64,000 bases of DNA. It comes from Candidatus Latescibacterota bacterium (lineage in GTDB: Bacteria > Latescibacterota > UBA2968 > UBA8231). The notes beneath the pieces are model-generated. The model was not told the DNA's origin. It saw nothing but the letters and a program-made list of their open reading frames with translations, and searched no databases. This document shows positions 1-9,324 of this stretch, piece after piece. The DNA lies in contig CBDCSU010000006.1 of the NCBI GenBank assembly GCA_965221775.1, positions 256,001 through 320,000 of the forward strand. Reading direction: 5' to 3'. Made by a program: the position numbers and the translations under genes. Numbering within the stretch: the stretch's first letter is position 1; each line of letters begins with the position of its first letter.

Positions 1-1561
1 CGCCGTCCACGAGGTACGCCGTGGTGGAGTAGTCGGGATCGAGGCTGAAGGCTTCTCCGAAGGCGAAGAACGGCCAGGCCACCTTCGACACGTTGACCAT
101 CCATGCCTCCGCATCCCTGGAGTGGCCCGACAGGGCGCGGTCCGCCTGGGCCAGGCCGGGGCTGGGGAACTGGTGCCAGGACCGGCTCATGGCCAGCTCG
201 GCATAGGCGTCGAAGCCCATCACCTCCTTCACGTCGACGGTGAACCCGTAGACCATGTTCGCCGTGGGCAGGCCGTACTCGAAGACCAGCCGGGTCTGGT
301 TCGAGTTGTCCGACACGTTGCCCTCGGCCCGTGCCACTTCGAAGAGCGCCGGCGCGAGGTCGTCGATATCCTCGCCGCTGAGGGGCAGGCCGGGCGTGGG
401 GCGCAGTCCGGTCTGACGGTCGGACCAGACCTGGATGCGGTAGTCGTTGGCCACCACCAGCTCGAAGGTGATCTTGGTGATCGCGCCCGGCCGCGGCCCG
501 GTGTAGGAGATGTCGTTGAGGTCGTAGCTGATGACGATCTTCTCGTCCCCGTCGGCGCTCTGGAAACCCTCGTGGTGGAACCCGCCGCTGACCACGGGCC
601 ACCTGGCCGGATCGGTCACCATCGCCCGCTGGCGGATCTCCTCCCGCCTCCCGGTGGCCGGGTCCTCCGTGGTGACGATGATCTCGTGCGAGAACAGGGC
701 GGCGCCGGCGACGCCGTCTTCCGGTGAATCGTCGCTCAGGACAAGGGCCAGGCCGCGCACCGGGACCGCCCCCTGGTTGGCAGCCAGCGCGCCTTTGAGG
801 GGGTTGCGCTCGAAAGCGTCCTCGAAGGTCTGGGAGTTGTGGGCGTTGACCAGGGTCGCTCCCACCTGCACGAAGTCCCCGACCTCGGCCACCACCCGCC
901 CCCCCATCAGGTTGGTGGCGTTGGTCACCGTCGTCGGCTCCCTCGAGGACGTGGTGCTCGCCACGGGGGAGCTGATCCGCGAGAACAGCAGGGTGCCGCG
1001 GTACTTGTCCGTGGCCAGGTCCATCTGTATGCCGTTGAAGATCGGCTTGGAGAAGGTGAGCGGCGTCAACGCCGTGCGGATCTGGTTGCCGGCGGTGATG
1101 GCGTAGTGGAACTGGCCCCTGGAGTCGGAACTCACGAGAACGCTGCTGAACCAGCCGGCGAACCTGGGATCCTTGTAGAGGGAGGAACCGAACTGGCCGG
1201 GCTGGCTCTGGTTCCAGTCCCAGACCAGCCAGCCCCGGGTCAGGTAGTTGCCGTAGAGATCGTAGAACGGGTCGCCCTCGCGGTCGGTGGCCACGTACCC
1301 CTGGTAATGGGAGCGGGCATAGTTGGAATACTCCCACTGCTTCCAGCCGTACAGCTCGTACAGCTCCTGCGGCACGTACCACTTCTTGAGGGCCGGGTCC
1401 AGGGCGTCGAAGATGACCCCGGGGCCCCTGGGTTCATAGGTGATCTCCCCGCCTCGCCGCACTCCGAGACGCCGGCCGGTCTGACCGAACAGATCGGATG
1501 CCTGCATCGTGGCGAGGAGCACCACGAGACTCAGCGCCGCCGCCGTCCTGCCGGTCGTCAA
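1..1561 (-). CDS. Large secreted hypothetical protein, 3' end beyond window start; last visible gene of the secreted-protein cassette
   Basis: Absent from the ORF track because no stop lies in the window. Manual translation from TTG at 1561 (GAGAGGGGG upstream): MTTGRTAAALSLVVLLATMQASDLFGQ...EITYEPRGPGVIFDALDPALKKWYVPQELYELYGWKQWEYSNYARSHY...TPLTFSKPIFNGIQMD...LSDDSPEDGVAGAALF. Signal-peptide-like N-terminus and host-like codon usage. Confidence 0.85.
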   Translation of the reverse strand, partial: MTTGRTAAALSLVVLLATMQASDLFGQTGRRLGVRRGGEITYEPRGPGVIFDALDPALKKWYVPQELYELYGWKQWEYSNYARSHYQGYVATDREGDPFYDLYGNYLTRGWLVWDWNQSQPGQFGSSLYKDPRFAGWFSSVLVSSDSRGQFHYAITAGNQIRTALTPLTFSKPIFNGIQMDLATDKYRGTLLFSRISSPVASTTSSREPTTVTNATNLMGGRVVAEVGDFVQVGATLVNAHNSQTFEDAFERNPLKGALAANQGAVPVRGLALVLSDDSPEDGVAGAALFSHEIIVTTEDPATGRREEIRQRAMVTDPARWPVVSGGFHHEGFQSADGDEKIVISYDLNDISYTGPRPGAITKITFELVVANDYRIQVWSDRQTGLRPTPGLPLSGEDIDDLAPALFEVARAEGNVSDNSNQTRLVFEYGLPTANMVYGFTVDVKEVMGFDAYAELAMSRSWHQFPSPGLAQADRALSGHSRDAEAWMVNVSKVAWPFFAFGEAFSLDPDYSTTAYLVDG

Positions 1562-1576
1562 CGTCGACCCCCTCTC

Positions 1577-3754
1577 TCAGTATGCCACTTCGACGGCGGC
1601 GGCCGCCGTCTCGACGCTGGCGGCGCTGTTCACCGCCACGTGAGCCAGGTAGATCCCGGGCGGCACCTGGGCGCCGCCGCCGTCGGTTCCGTCCCAGGGG
1701 ATCGACCAGTGTCCGCCCGGCTGGTCGCCGCTGAAGAGGCGGCGGACGACGCGCCCCGTCAGGTCGAGGATCCTCACCTCCACGGCCACCGGACCGATGA
1801 CGCGGGACAGGTCGTAGGAGATGCGGGTCCCGTCGTTGACCCCGTCGCCGTTGGGGCTGAAGGGCCGCGGCCACACCCGGGCGTTGATCAGGACGCCGCC
1901 GCCGGCGAGGGGAACGTCGACCGAGAGGATCCGCGGGTCCGCCGTGCCCAGGGGAGGAAAGGCGGGGTCCCCGGGGCCGAGGTGGGCGGCGTTTCCGGCG
2001 ACGACCTTCTGGCCGGCCCCCCCGGCCCCGGCGCGGCCGGCCCACCCGGGGAAGGTCGTCCCGTAGCGGAGGACGCGGCAGCGGAAGCGGATCGTCAGGA
2101 CGGCGGTCTCGCCGGCCTCCAGGTCGCTGGCCGTGATCGCCGGGAAGCGCACCCGGAAGCGCCGTTCCTCCACCGCCTCGATGCCGAAGTCGGCGGCCGG
2201 ATCGGTGGGCAGGGCCGTCGAGGCCAGGTCCCGGCCGGAGAAGTCCGCCGACTCGGTGCGGCCGTCGTGGAACAGGACCTGCACCGTCTCGATCGCTTCG
2301 ACGCGGACCGGCGTGGCGATCTCGAAGGTGTCGAAGCCGCTGTCCCGGCCCGGCCGTATGCGGGTGGGCATGACCGCGTAGGTGAAGGTCTCGGCCACGG
2401 CCAGCCCGGCCTGACGGGGGTAGATCTCGCCGACGATCCGCTCCGCCGCCGGGGGATGGACCGTGAACGCCAGCTGCCCGATGCCGGTGGCTGCCTCCAG
2501 GTCCCGGCTCATCAGCTCGACCCGGACCTGGAAATAGCGCCGCGGGCCCGGAGTGGTGATCGGCGCCCCGAGCCGCTCGTCATCGATGTTCCCGGCGGTG
2601 ATGCCGCGGGTGCCTTCCGGCCCGTAGGGAGCCGACCACGGGGTCCAGGCGTCCGGATCGGCGCGGATCTCTCCCCGGGGGTTCAGTCCGAGATAGTCCT
2701 CCAGGGTCAGGGCCCACCGGTTCTTCTCCGCCAACGGCAGGGCCCGGTAGGCGCGCAGCGCCTCGAGGGGGTCGAGATCGTCCAGGGCGATCTCCTCTCC
2801 CCCGGCCGTGGCGGCGACCGCGCCCTGCTTCCAAGGGAGGTTCACCGAACCATCGGGACTCGGGCGGGTGAACTCCAGGGGCGTGTCGTCGTGCCCGGCG
2901 CGGGTGGTGATGCGGGCCTGCGACAGCCCCTCGGGGCCCAGGGTTTCCTCGATCCACCGGATCCTGCCCCACACCCCCCAGCGGGTCCCCAAGTCGAATA
3001 CGTTGGAGATGTACCGGGCCTCGGGCACGAACCCCGCCCCATAGACCTGGAACTCGGCGATTTCGTAGCCGACGACCGTCTGCGACTTCAGCCGCAGGAA
3101 GCGCAGGTACTGAGGCGGGATCCGCAGGTCGACCACGGGCCGGTCGTTCTGCAGCTCCAGCTTGAAGGTGGTCAGCACCGGCCGGCCGGACTCGTCCCTG
3201 GAACTCTCGCTGCCGTCGTTGACCAGAAGCTCGTAGGCGCGCAGATAGTCATTCTGGAAGGGAAAGCCGGGGGCCTCGAATCCCGGGGCGTTCCTCGGAA
3301 AGAACCGGACCCGGTTCACCCCGAAGCGCGCCCCCAGGTCGACGTCGAACATGGCCCCGAAGGCGAGGACCTGCGGCCCCCCGGGTTCGCCCTTCTGGCT
3401 GAAAGCGGTCTCGACATCCCCGTCCACCATCAGGAGCAGTTCCTCGTCGATGCCCTCCGTGAGGATGTTCGGCGAGGTCAGGGCGGCTTCGGCGGCGATA
3501 TTCCTCGTGGAGTCGGCTTTCTGCGGGAAGATCCAGCCCGGCCGGCCGGGAAAGTCGAAGTCCACCACGTCGCCCGGAGTGGTGGTGACCGCCGCCCCGT
3601 CGACGCCGGTCTCCACCGCCGCCGGGATCTCTCCGCCGCCGCCGCTCCAGGGGCGGTCGCCGGCGCCGCCCACGGTCCGGCTCTCGGCCGCCAGGTTCGG
3701 GGCCACCAGGCAGCATGCCGCGGCCGTGGCCAGGCCGAGGCTGATCTTCCGCAC
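1577..3754 (-). CDS. Secreted protein with discoidin-like beta-sandwich region and C-terminal FlgD Ig-like / CHU_C-like domain (paralog 3)
   Basis: Within track ORF 1577..4378. GTG at 3754 gives signal peptide VRKISLGLATAAACCLVAPNLAA. C-terminus PFSPNGDGVND...ILDLTGRVVRRL...WDGTD...VPPGIYL...VEVAY. Confidence 0.85.
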   Translation of the reverse strand: MRKISLGLATAAACCLVAPNLAAESRTVGGAGDRPWSGGGGEIPAAVETGVDGAAVTTTPGDVVDFDFPGRPGWIFPQKADSTRNIAAEAALTSPNILTEGIDEELLLMVDGDVETAFSQKGEPGGPQVLAFGAMFDVDLGARFGVNRVRFFPRNAPGFEAPGFPFQNDYLRAYELLVNDGSESSRDESGRPVLTTFKLELQNDRPVVDLRIPPQYLRFLRLKSQTVVGYEIAEFQVYGAGFVPEARYISNVFDLGTRWGVWGRIRWIEETLGPEGLSQARITTRAGHDDTPLEFTRPSPDGSVNLPWKQGAVAATAGGEEIALDDLDPLEALRAYRALPLAEKNRWALTLEDYLGLNPRGEIRADPDAWTPWSAPYGPEGTRGITAGNIDDERLGAPITTPGPRRYFQVRVELMSRDLEAATGIGQLAFTVHPPAAERIVGEIYPRQAGLAVAETFTYAVMPTRIRPGRDSGFDTFEIATPVRVEAIETVQVLFHDGRTESADFSGRDLASTALPTDPAADFGIEAVEERRFRVRFPAITASDLEAGETAVLTIRFRCRVLRYGTTFPGWAGRAGAGGAGQKVVAGNAAHLGPGDPAFPPLGTADPRILSVDVPLAGGGVLINARVWPRPFSPNGDGVNDGTRISYDLSRVIGPVAVEVRILDLTGRVVRRLFSGDQPGGHWSIPWDGTDGGGAQVPPGIYLAHVAVNSAASVETAAAAVEVAY

Positions 3755-3768
3755 TCCCCCTCGACGGC

Positions 3769-6294
3769 TCAATACGCTACCTGCACCAGGCGGTGCGCCT
3801 TGCGGCCCGGCCCCTCCGCGTCCGCCTCCACCTCGATCTCCAGCAGATAGATGCCGGGAGGCACCCGCCGGCCGCTCTGGTCGTCGCCGGTCCAGCGGAC
3901 CGTGTACGATCCGCTCACGAGGGGACGCCGCTCCTTCCACTCCCGCACCAGGCCGCCGCCGAGATCGTAGAGGCGGGTCTGCACCGTGCGCTGCCCGCCG
4001 AGCCGGAGCACCGGGAACTCGAAGCGCGTCTCGTCGTTGATGCCGTCCCCGTTCGGGGTCAGGACCGGGGCGCTGACCCTCAGCGGGCCCATCACCGGGC
4101 CGGCTTCCAACGGCCCCCGCAACATCATCCCCTGACTCGAGGCCAGGGCGGTGGCGTCGCCGGGGTCCACCCGTTGCCATCGACCGGCCTCGGAGGAGTT
4201 TCCCAGTTCCGCCTGCAGGATGGCTCCCGGGCGGAACAGGGTCGCGGTGAAGCGCACTTCGATCAGGTCGACCTCGGCCCCCACCGCCGAGTCGAGGCGC
4301 ACCCACAGCGAGTCGGACCCGGCCGGGACCCGCTCCAGGTCGGATGGTCCCAGCTCGGCCGCCGGGCCGGCCTCCCACTGCGACTCGCGGCCCATGCGCA
4401 GAAGCTGGAACTCCAGGTCCACGCCGGGAGCGTACAGGCGGATCTGGTCCATCCCCGGACCGTTGCGCAGGAAGTCGGCCTTGACGAAGAGGGACAGGGT
4501 GTCGGCGGCGCCCAGCCCGGATACCAGGGCCGGCTCGAGCTCGCCCCGGACCTGCCGGGCCAGGGGATCGAGGAAGTTCAGGCGGATCGACCGCAGGGAG
4601 GCGGCCTGGCGGGGATCGTCCGTCGTCAGCCAGGCCTGGAGCATGAGGTGTTCCCGGGGGCTCGGCGACGTGACGGGGGCTCCGGAGTGTTCGTACGCCT
4701 CGCTCCAGTCGCTCCAGTCAGCGCCGGGCACCTGCTCGGTGACGATCTCGATCTCCTTCTTGGCGAACTTGTTCAGCTTGTCGTACTGCTCCTCCGTGAT
4801 CTGGCCGCCGTCCTGCTCGAAATAGCGGAGGACATCGACGAGCTGGTTGCCGGTGCGGCTGCGCAGGGCGATGGAGGTCCCGGGAGGCGTCTCTCCCTCC
4901 CACTCGATCGAACTGAGCGTGCGGGCGCCGTCCAGCGCGATCAGGGGGGACGTGAGCCAGACGCGGGGCTGGTATCCCTCACCGTAGAACTGCATCTCCC
5001 GCGTGTCCGCCTGGCCTCCCGCCATGCCGCCGGAATAGGGAATGCTGATGTAGCGGGCGATGGTGGGTGCGAAGACCTTGGCGTGGTAGTCCATGCCGTC
5101 CCGGCCCCCGAGGGCCTGGCTGGTCCAGGCGAGTCTCCCCTCGGGCGTCAGGGCGCCGTCCGAGGTCCTGATTTCGTACTCGGTGATCGGTCCCTGAAAG
5201 CCCTTGTTCTGGAAGAACATCTGCACTCGATCGACCCAGTAGTAGGCGCCGAGGTCGAAGTAGAAGAAGCGCAGGGCGGGGGTGCGGACGGTGGTCAGGA
5301 CCGTCGTTTCGTACAGGCCGTCCACCAGGCCGGTGACCGCGGTGGTATCGGTCTCGATCTTCTGCGCCACCCCGCGACGGGCCGTCAACCCCAGGGCGAT
5401 GTTCTCGCCGATCGTGCGCACTTCCATCTCCGCCAGACGAGGACGCTCGCGGCGGAAGTAGCGGACCTCCCCGCGCAATCCGGGGTCGATCGCCTCGTAG
5501 ACCTCCCGCTCGACCCGGATGCTGCCATCGCCCACCTCCTTGTAGTAGTCCACCGTCCCCCGGCGGGCCGGCTCCAGGGCGTCGTAGACCGGGCGGGACA
5601 CTTCGGCGCCGCGCACCGAGTCGCTCTCCGTCACCACGAGCTGGACGTAGCGGATCTCGTCCCCCCGCCACGCGGGATCGCGGGAGTCCCCCGAAGGCTC
5701 CACCTCGATGTCGAAGAGGCGCCGGCTCTTGTTGGCGCCCGGGGACGCGTAGGCGACGACGAAGCTCTTGACGTCGCGCAGGCCCTGCTCGGGACGCTCG
5801 CCGTCCGAGGTCAGAAGGGTATACTGGAGAAAGGGATCCCCGAGATCCTCGTCCACGAAGGTCAGGCGGATGCGGGTGGCGGACACGACCCGCCCCAGGT
5901 CCAGCTCGAACCACCAGTCGCGCAGCGGCTGGTCCGGGTCGGGCTGCCAGTACGTGGCCGGATCCCCGTCGACGAGGTTGGCCACCCCGGCGGCATTGGT
6001 GCCGGCTCTCACGGCGTGTGGGAAGCCGACCTCTTCCGCCTGCACTCCCTGGGGCGGATGCCGCCGCAGGTGCTCGACGATGTCGCGGGCGGCGTCGATG
6101 TCCTTGGCCACGAAGTGCGGCCGGGCGGCGGCGCCCGGGGCGGGGAACTCCACCGTGCCCGCGGGGTACTCCCAGGTCTTCAGGTGGCGGCCCTCGACCA
6201 CGATCTGGTTGCCGCGGAGCAGATACCCCTGGCCCCAGACCGCACCGCCCCAGAGGACCCCGAGAGCCAGCGCCGCGCCGGTCCTGCCGTTCAT
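3769..6294 (-). CDS. Secreted protein with two discoidin/F5-8-like modules and C-terminal FlgD Ig-like domain (paralog 2)
   Basis: ATG at 6294, signal MNGRTGAALALGVLWGGAVWG. NLVDGDPATYWQ...WFELDLGRVV and GLVDGLYET...FDLGAYYWVDRV. Tail LTPNGDGINDE...WTGDDQSGRRVPPGIYL...VQVAY. Confidence 0.87.
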   Translation of the reverse strand: MNGRTGAALALGVLWGGAVWGQGYLLRGNQIVVEGRHLKTWEYPAGTVEFPAPGAAARPHFVAKDIDAARDIVEHLRRHPPQGVQAEEVGFPHAVRAGTNAAGVANLVDGDPATYWQPDPDQPLRDWWFELDLGRVVSATRIRLTFVDEDLGDPFLQYTLLTSDGERPEQGLRDVKSFVVAYASPGANKSRRLFDIEVEPSGDSRDPAWRGDEIRYVQLVVTESDSVRGAEVSRPVYDALEPARRGTVDYYKEVGDGSIRVEREVYEAIDPGLRGEVRYFRRERPRLAEMEVRTIGENIALGLTARRGVAQKIETDTTAVTGLVDGLYETTVLTTVRTPALRFFYFDLGAYYWVDRVQMFFQNKGFQGPITEYEIRTSDGALTPEGRLAWTSQALGGRDGMDYHAKVFAPTIARYISIPYSGGMAGGQADTREMQFYGEGYQPRVWLTSPLIALDGARTLSSIEWEGETPPGTSIALRSRTGNQLVDVLRYFEQDGGQITEEQYDKLNKFAKKEIEIVTEQVPGADWSDWSEAYEHSGAPVTSPSPREHLMLQAWLTTDDPRQAASLRSIRLNFLDPLARQVRGELEPALVSGLGAADTLSLFVKADFLRNGPGMDQIRLYAPGVDLEFQLLRMGRESQWEAGPAAELGPSDLERVPAGSDSLWVRLDSAVGAEVDLIEVRFTATLFRPGAILQAELGNSSEAGRWQRVDPGDATALASSQGMMLRGPLEAGPVMGPLRVSAPVLTPNGDGINDETRFEFPVLRLGGQRTVQTRLYDLGGGLVREWKERRPLVSGSYTVRWTGDDQSGRRVPPGIYLLEIEVEADAEGPGRKAHRLVQVAY

Positions 6295-6305
6295 CGGCCC
6301 GCGCC

Positions 6306-8270
6306 TCAATACGCCACCGCGATCAGGCGGGTCTCGCTGTCGCGGCCCCCTTCGCGGTCGACGGCGACCCGGCACAGGTAGATTCCCGGCGGCACCCGCC
6401 GGCCGCTGCCGTCGCGGCCGTCCCATGGCCGGATGTAGCGCCCCGAACGGTCGCGGCCCTCGTACACCTCCCGCACCAGCCGGCCCGTCAGGTCCCAGAC
6501 CCTCACCTGCACCCGCCGGTCCTCGGTCAGCTTCAGCAGGTCGTAGCGGATCGCCACCTCGTCGTTGATCCCGTCGCCGTTGGGGGTGAAGGCGGCCGGC
6601 TCGATCTGGAGCCTGCCCACCGTCGACGCGCCCAGGGACAGGGTCTCCACCGACAGCCGGTTGCCGTCCAGCGCGTCGGTGGCGTCGCCGGCCCTCACCG
6701 GTTGCCAGACCTCCTCCGGCGCCTCGCTGTCGAAGACCCGGACCTGGAAGGTCGCCGCGTAGCGGTACGCCTCGCCCCGAAGCCGTACCCGCAGCAGCTC
6801 ACCGCTCTCGTTCACTCCCAGCCGCGGAAAGCTCACGACCACCCGGTCGCCGGTGCGCAGGCTGTCCACCTCGGTGAAGGCCGCCGCCGCTCCCGCCACC
6901 TCGACGCCGGTCACCTCCTCCACCCGGCCGCCCTGGAACCGCAGCTCCAGGCTGTCGAATCCCCGGTCCTGCAGCGACAGGGTGGGCCGCACGGCGCAGG
7001 TGAACTCCGTCGGCTCCGAGGCCTCGACCCGCCACGGGTCGACCTCCGCCACCAGGTCCGTCGCCGCCGGCGGCGACGATACCGCGAACTCCAGGTAGTT
7101 CACCTGCCCGCCGTCGAGGAAGTCGCTGGCGAAGTCGATCGAGAACTGCACGTAGGTGCGCGGCCTCGGCGCCACCATCGCCACCCCCAGACTGTCGCCG
7201 AAGGGGTACGGCGCCGACCACAGCTCCCAGCTCTCGGCGTCGTGCGTGATGCGGCCTTTCTCCTTCCCCTGCAGCTTGTCGTACTGGGCGCGGGTCAGCG
7301 GCGATCCGTCCGCGCCGTACGGCACCTCCTCGTCGGACCGGAAGGTCCGCCGCCAGTACCGGGACGGGTCCGGATCGTCGCCGCCGCGGCTGCGGATCGA
7401 TACCCGGGCCGTCCCGTCCTGCCGGCCCGACCAGCGCACCCGGCCCAGACTGGACAGGGCGCCCAGGGGAATGGTGTTCGAGATATAGCCGGCGAACGGC
7501 ACATACCCCTCGGCGAAGACCTCCACCTCGGCGATTTCCCATGGCTCCCGCTGAAACGGGTCGACCCACAGCGCCAGCTGCCGCACCGGCGTCCGGTCCA
7601 GGGGGATCTCCACCACCGGGTTCTTGTTCTGGGTGATCTCCGCCACCAGACCGAAGTCGAAGGGCGTCTCCCGGACGAGCTTTCTGTGGAATTCCAGGTG
7701 GGACCGGTTCGGCGTTCCCCCGTGGGGTTCGCCGCTGGCGGTGGCGATGGCGATGTGCTCGATGTAGTGCGGGGAGCCGGGGCGCGGCGACACGCGCACC
7801 CGGTTCACCGGGAACAGGCCGCCCAGGTCGAAGTACATGGTCAAGCCGTGGGTACCGGAAGCCGTACTGTACTCCAACGACGCAATATGCCCCTGGATGA
7901 AGGTGGCGAAGTCCCCATCGGCGACTACGTCCAGGTCCGGATCGTGGCCATATCCCGTGTAACGCTCGGTCCTCAGGAAGCCGCCCCGCTCCTGGGCCGA
8001 GTCCAGGACGTTCTCGTGGCTGCCGTGGTAGAACGGGGCCAGGGCTCCATCCAGGTTCACGTTGTCGGAGGCGCCGGCCGCGGCGGGGTCCACGTGGGCC
8101 CAGCTCAACTGCTCGAAGCCGGCGCGGCCGTCGGCCACCTCGGACGGCAGGGGGAAGCTGGCGTGGTCCTCGCCGCCGAGCCGGTAGATCGTCACCGCCT
8201 CCGCGGCGCCCCACGTCCCCGCGCCCGCCAACTGGCACAGGAGCAGGCCGGCCAATCGCCCTGCTGGCAA
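6306..8270 (-). CDS. Secreted protein with C-terminal FlgD Ig-like domain (paralog 1)
   Basis: TTG start with AGAGGG 7 nt upstream and a signal peptide. FDLGGLFPVNRVRV, WEIAEVEVFAEGYVP. Tail FTPNGDGINDE...WDGRDGSGRRVPPGIYL...IAVAY. Confidence 0.87.
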   Translation of the reverse strand: MPAGRLAGLLLCQLAGAGTWGAAEAVTIYRLGGEDHASFPLPSEVADGRAGFEQLSWAHVDPAAAGASDNVNLDGALAPFYHGSHENVLDSAQERGGFLRTERYTGYGHDPDLDVVADGDFATFIQGHIASLEYSTASGTHGLTMYFDLGGLFPVNRVRVSPRPGSPHYIEHIAIATASGEPHGGTPNRSHLEFHRKLVRETPFDFGLVAEITQNKNPVVEIPLDRTPVRQLALWVDPFQREPWEIAEVEVFAEGYVPFAGYISNTIPLGALSSLGRVRWSGRQDGTARVSIRSRGGDDPDPSRYWRRTFRSDEEVPYGADGSPLTRAQYDKLQGKEKGRITHDAESWELWSAPYPFGDSLGVAMVAPRPRTYVQFSIDFASDFLDGGQVNYLEFAVSSPPAATDLVAEVDPWRVEASEPTEFTCAVRPTLSLQDRGFDSLELRFQGGRVEEVTGVEVAGAAAAFTEVDSLRTGDRVVVSFPRLGVNESGELLRVRLRGEAYRYAATFQVRVFDSEAPEEVWQPVRAGDATDALDGNRLSVETLSLGASTVGRLQIEPAAFTPNGDGINDEVAIRYDLLKLTEDRRVQVRVWDLTGRLVREVYEGRDRSGRYIRPWDGRDGSGRRVPPGIYLCRVAVDREGGRDSETRLIAVAY

Positions 8271-8304
8271 GATGTCACCCTCTTGTCGTATGGGGCTGAT
8301 TCAG

Positions 8305-8339
8305 GGAAGGGGGGATGTTGACTTCACATCCCCCCTTCC
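8305..8339. terminator. Perfect 14-bp stem-loop between the CBM9-like gene and the FlgD-Ig genes (partial terminator or RNA stabiliser)
   Basis: GGAAGGGGGGATGT-tgacttc-ACATCCCCCCTTCC. No U-tract follows it on the coding (minus) strand. Confidence 0.6.
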
Positions 8340-8391
8340 TTCGTGCCATGGAACCTGATCGCCGGCAGCGAGACCTGCCCGCCGCCTGCTG

Positions 8392-9324
8392 CTACTCGGT
8401 GAAGGCAGCCTTGACGCGGCCCCAGCTCCTGGCTTCGACGGCGGTGCCGAACTCGACATCCTCCACCGGAGCCAGGAGGAAGTCGGTGGCTACCGACGAG
8501 GTCTGCCAGATGGTTGCCTGGCCGTTCAGGAGCCAATCCTCCTTCGAGTTCTCGTCGAGGGCGTCGTAGTCGGAGATCTGCCAGTTCATGCCGATGATCT
8601 GGTTTTCCACCATGTCGTGCACCACGCTGGCGTCCGGATCATCCCACTGCAGGTTGTCCCACACCGTGAACATCCACTCCGCCTGGCCGTTGACGTCGGG
8701 GGCGTTGGGCTCGACGGCATCCGACGTGTACCCGCTTGTCGCCCACGGCAGGTTTCCGGTCCAGGTAGCCTGGCTCTGCCAGTACCAGGCCCACGCCGTC
8801 TTCTCATTGTTCACGTTCTCCGCCGACGGATCCAGATCCGGGATGCGGAAGTGGATGTTCTGGGCCCAGCGCGAGCCGTCCTCCGGCACTTCCGCCGGGT
8901 CGAACCAGGAGTCCTCGCCGCCGTGGTCCCCGTCGACCTGTATCTCGAAGGTGTCGGGCAGGTTCTGCTCGTCGCCGAACAGGCCCGCCACCGGCGGCAG
9001 ATTGGCGAAGTCCCGCTTGCGGAAGTCGTCGAAGTACTCGTGGTGGATGTAGAGACGGTCGGTGCTGGCGCTGTAACCGACGATGACCTTGCTGTTCATG
9101 TCGGACAGGTCAGTCCACTGCGATCCGTCCGGGGCCGTGTATAGCTCCGGTCCGATCCAGTAGTCCGAGGGAACCACGGCCCACTCGGACAGATCCCCGT
9201 CCAGGGTCGGCTCCGCGCCCGCCGGGAACTGGAAGGCGAGCAGAACCTGGCCCTCCGGCACGTGAGCCCCGGCCGAGACGGCGAGGCCCGCGGTCAGGCA
9301 GAGGGCGAGTGAGATCTTCTTCAT
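8392..9324 (-). CDS. Secreted CBM9/DOMON-like protein with C-terminal TAVEARSWGRVKA tail
   Basis: ATG 9324 with GGAGG RBS. Signal MKKISLALCLTAGLAVSAGA|H, then PTLDGDLSEW, FEIQVDGDHGG, IIGMNWQISDYD. Ends GTAVEARSWGRVKAAFTE. Confidence 0.85.
   Translation of the reverse strand: MKKISLALCLTAGLAVSAGAHVPEGQVLLAFQFPAGAEPTLDGDLSEWAVVPSDYWIGPELYTAPDGSQWTDLSDMNSKVIVGYSASTDRLYIHHEYFDDFRKRDFANLPPVAGLFGDEQNLPDTFEIQVDGDHGGEDSWFDPAEVPEDGSRWAQNIHFRIPDLDPSAENVNNEKTAWAWYWQSQATWTGNLPWATSGYTSDAVEPNAPDVNGQAEWMFTVWDNLQWDDPDASVVHDMVENQIIGMNWQISDYDALDENSKEDWLLNGQATIWQTSSVATDFLLAPVEDVEFGTAVEARSWGRVKAAFTE

Noticed and set aside
1430-1470. Apparent frameshift near the start of the first gene
   Set aside because: Rechecking the G-run gives ggc ggg gag atc acc tat, in frame from TTG 1561. 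The gene is missing from the track only because it has no stop in the window.
839-6381. Very long plus-strand ORFs (839..3850, 3793..6381) and similar ones elsewhere (23730..26759, 33785..35872, 55682..58543)
   Set aside because: Antisense shadows of real genes caused by high GC3. No motifs, and they mirror the true CDS.
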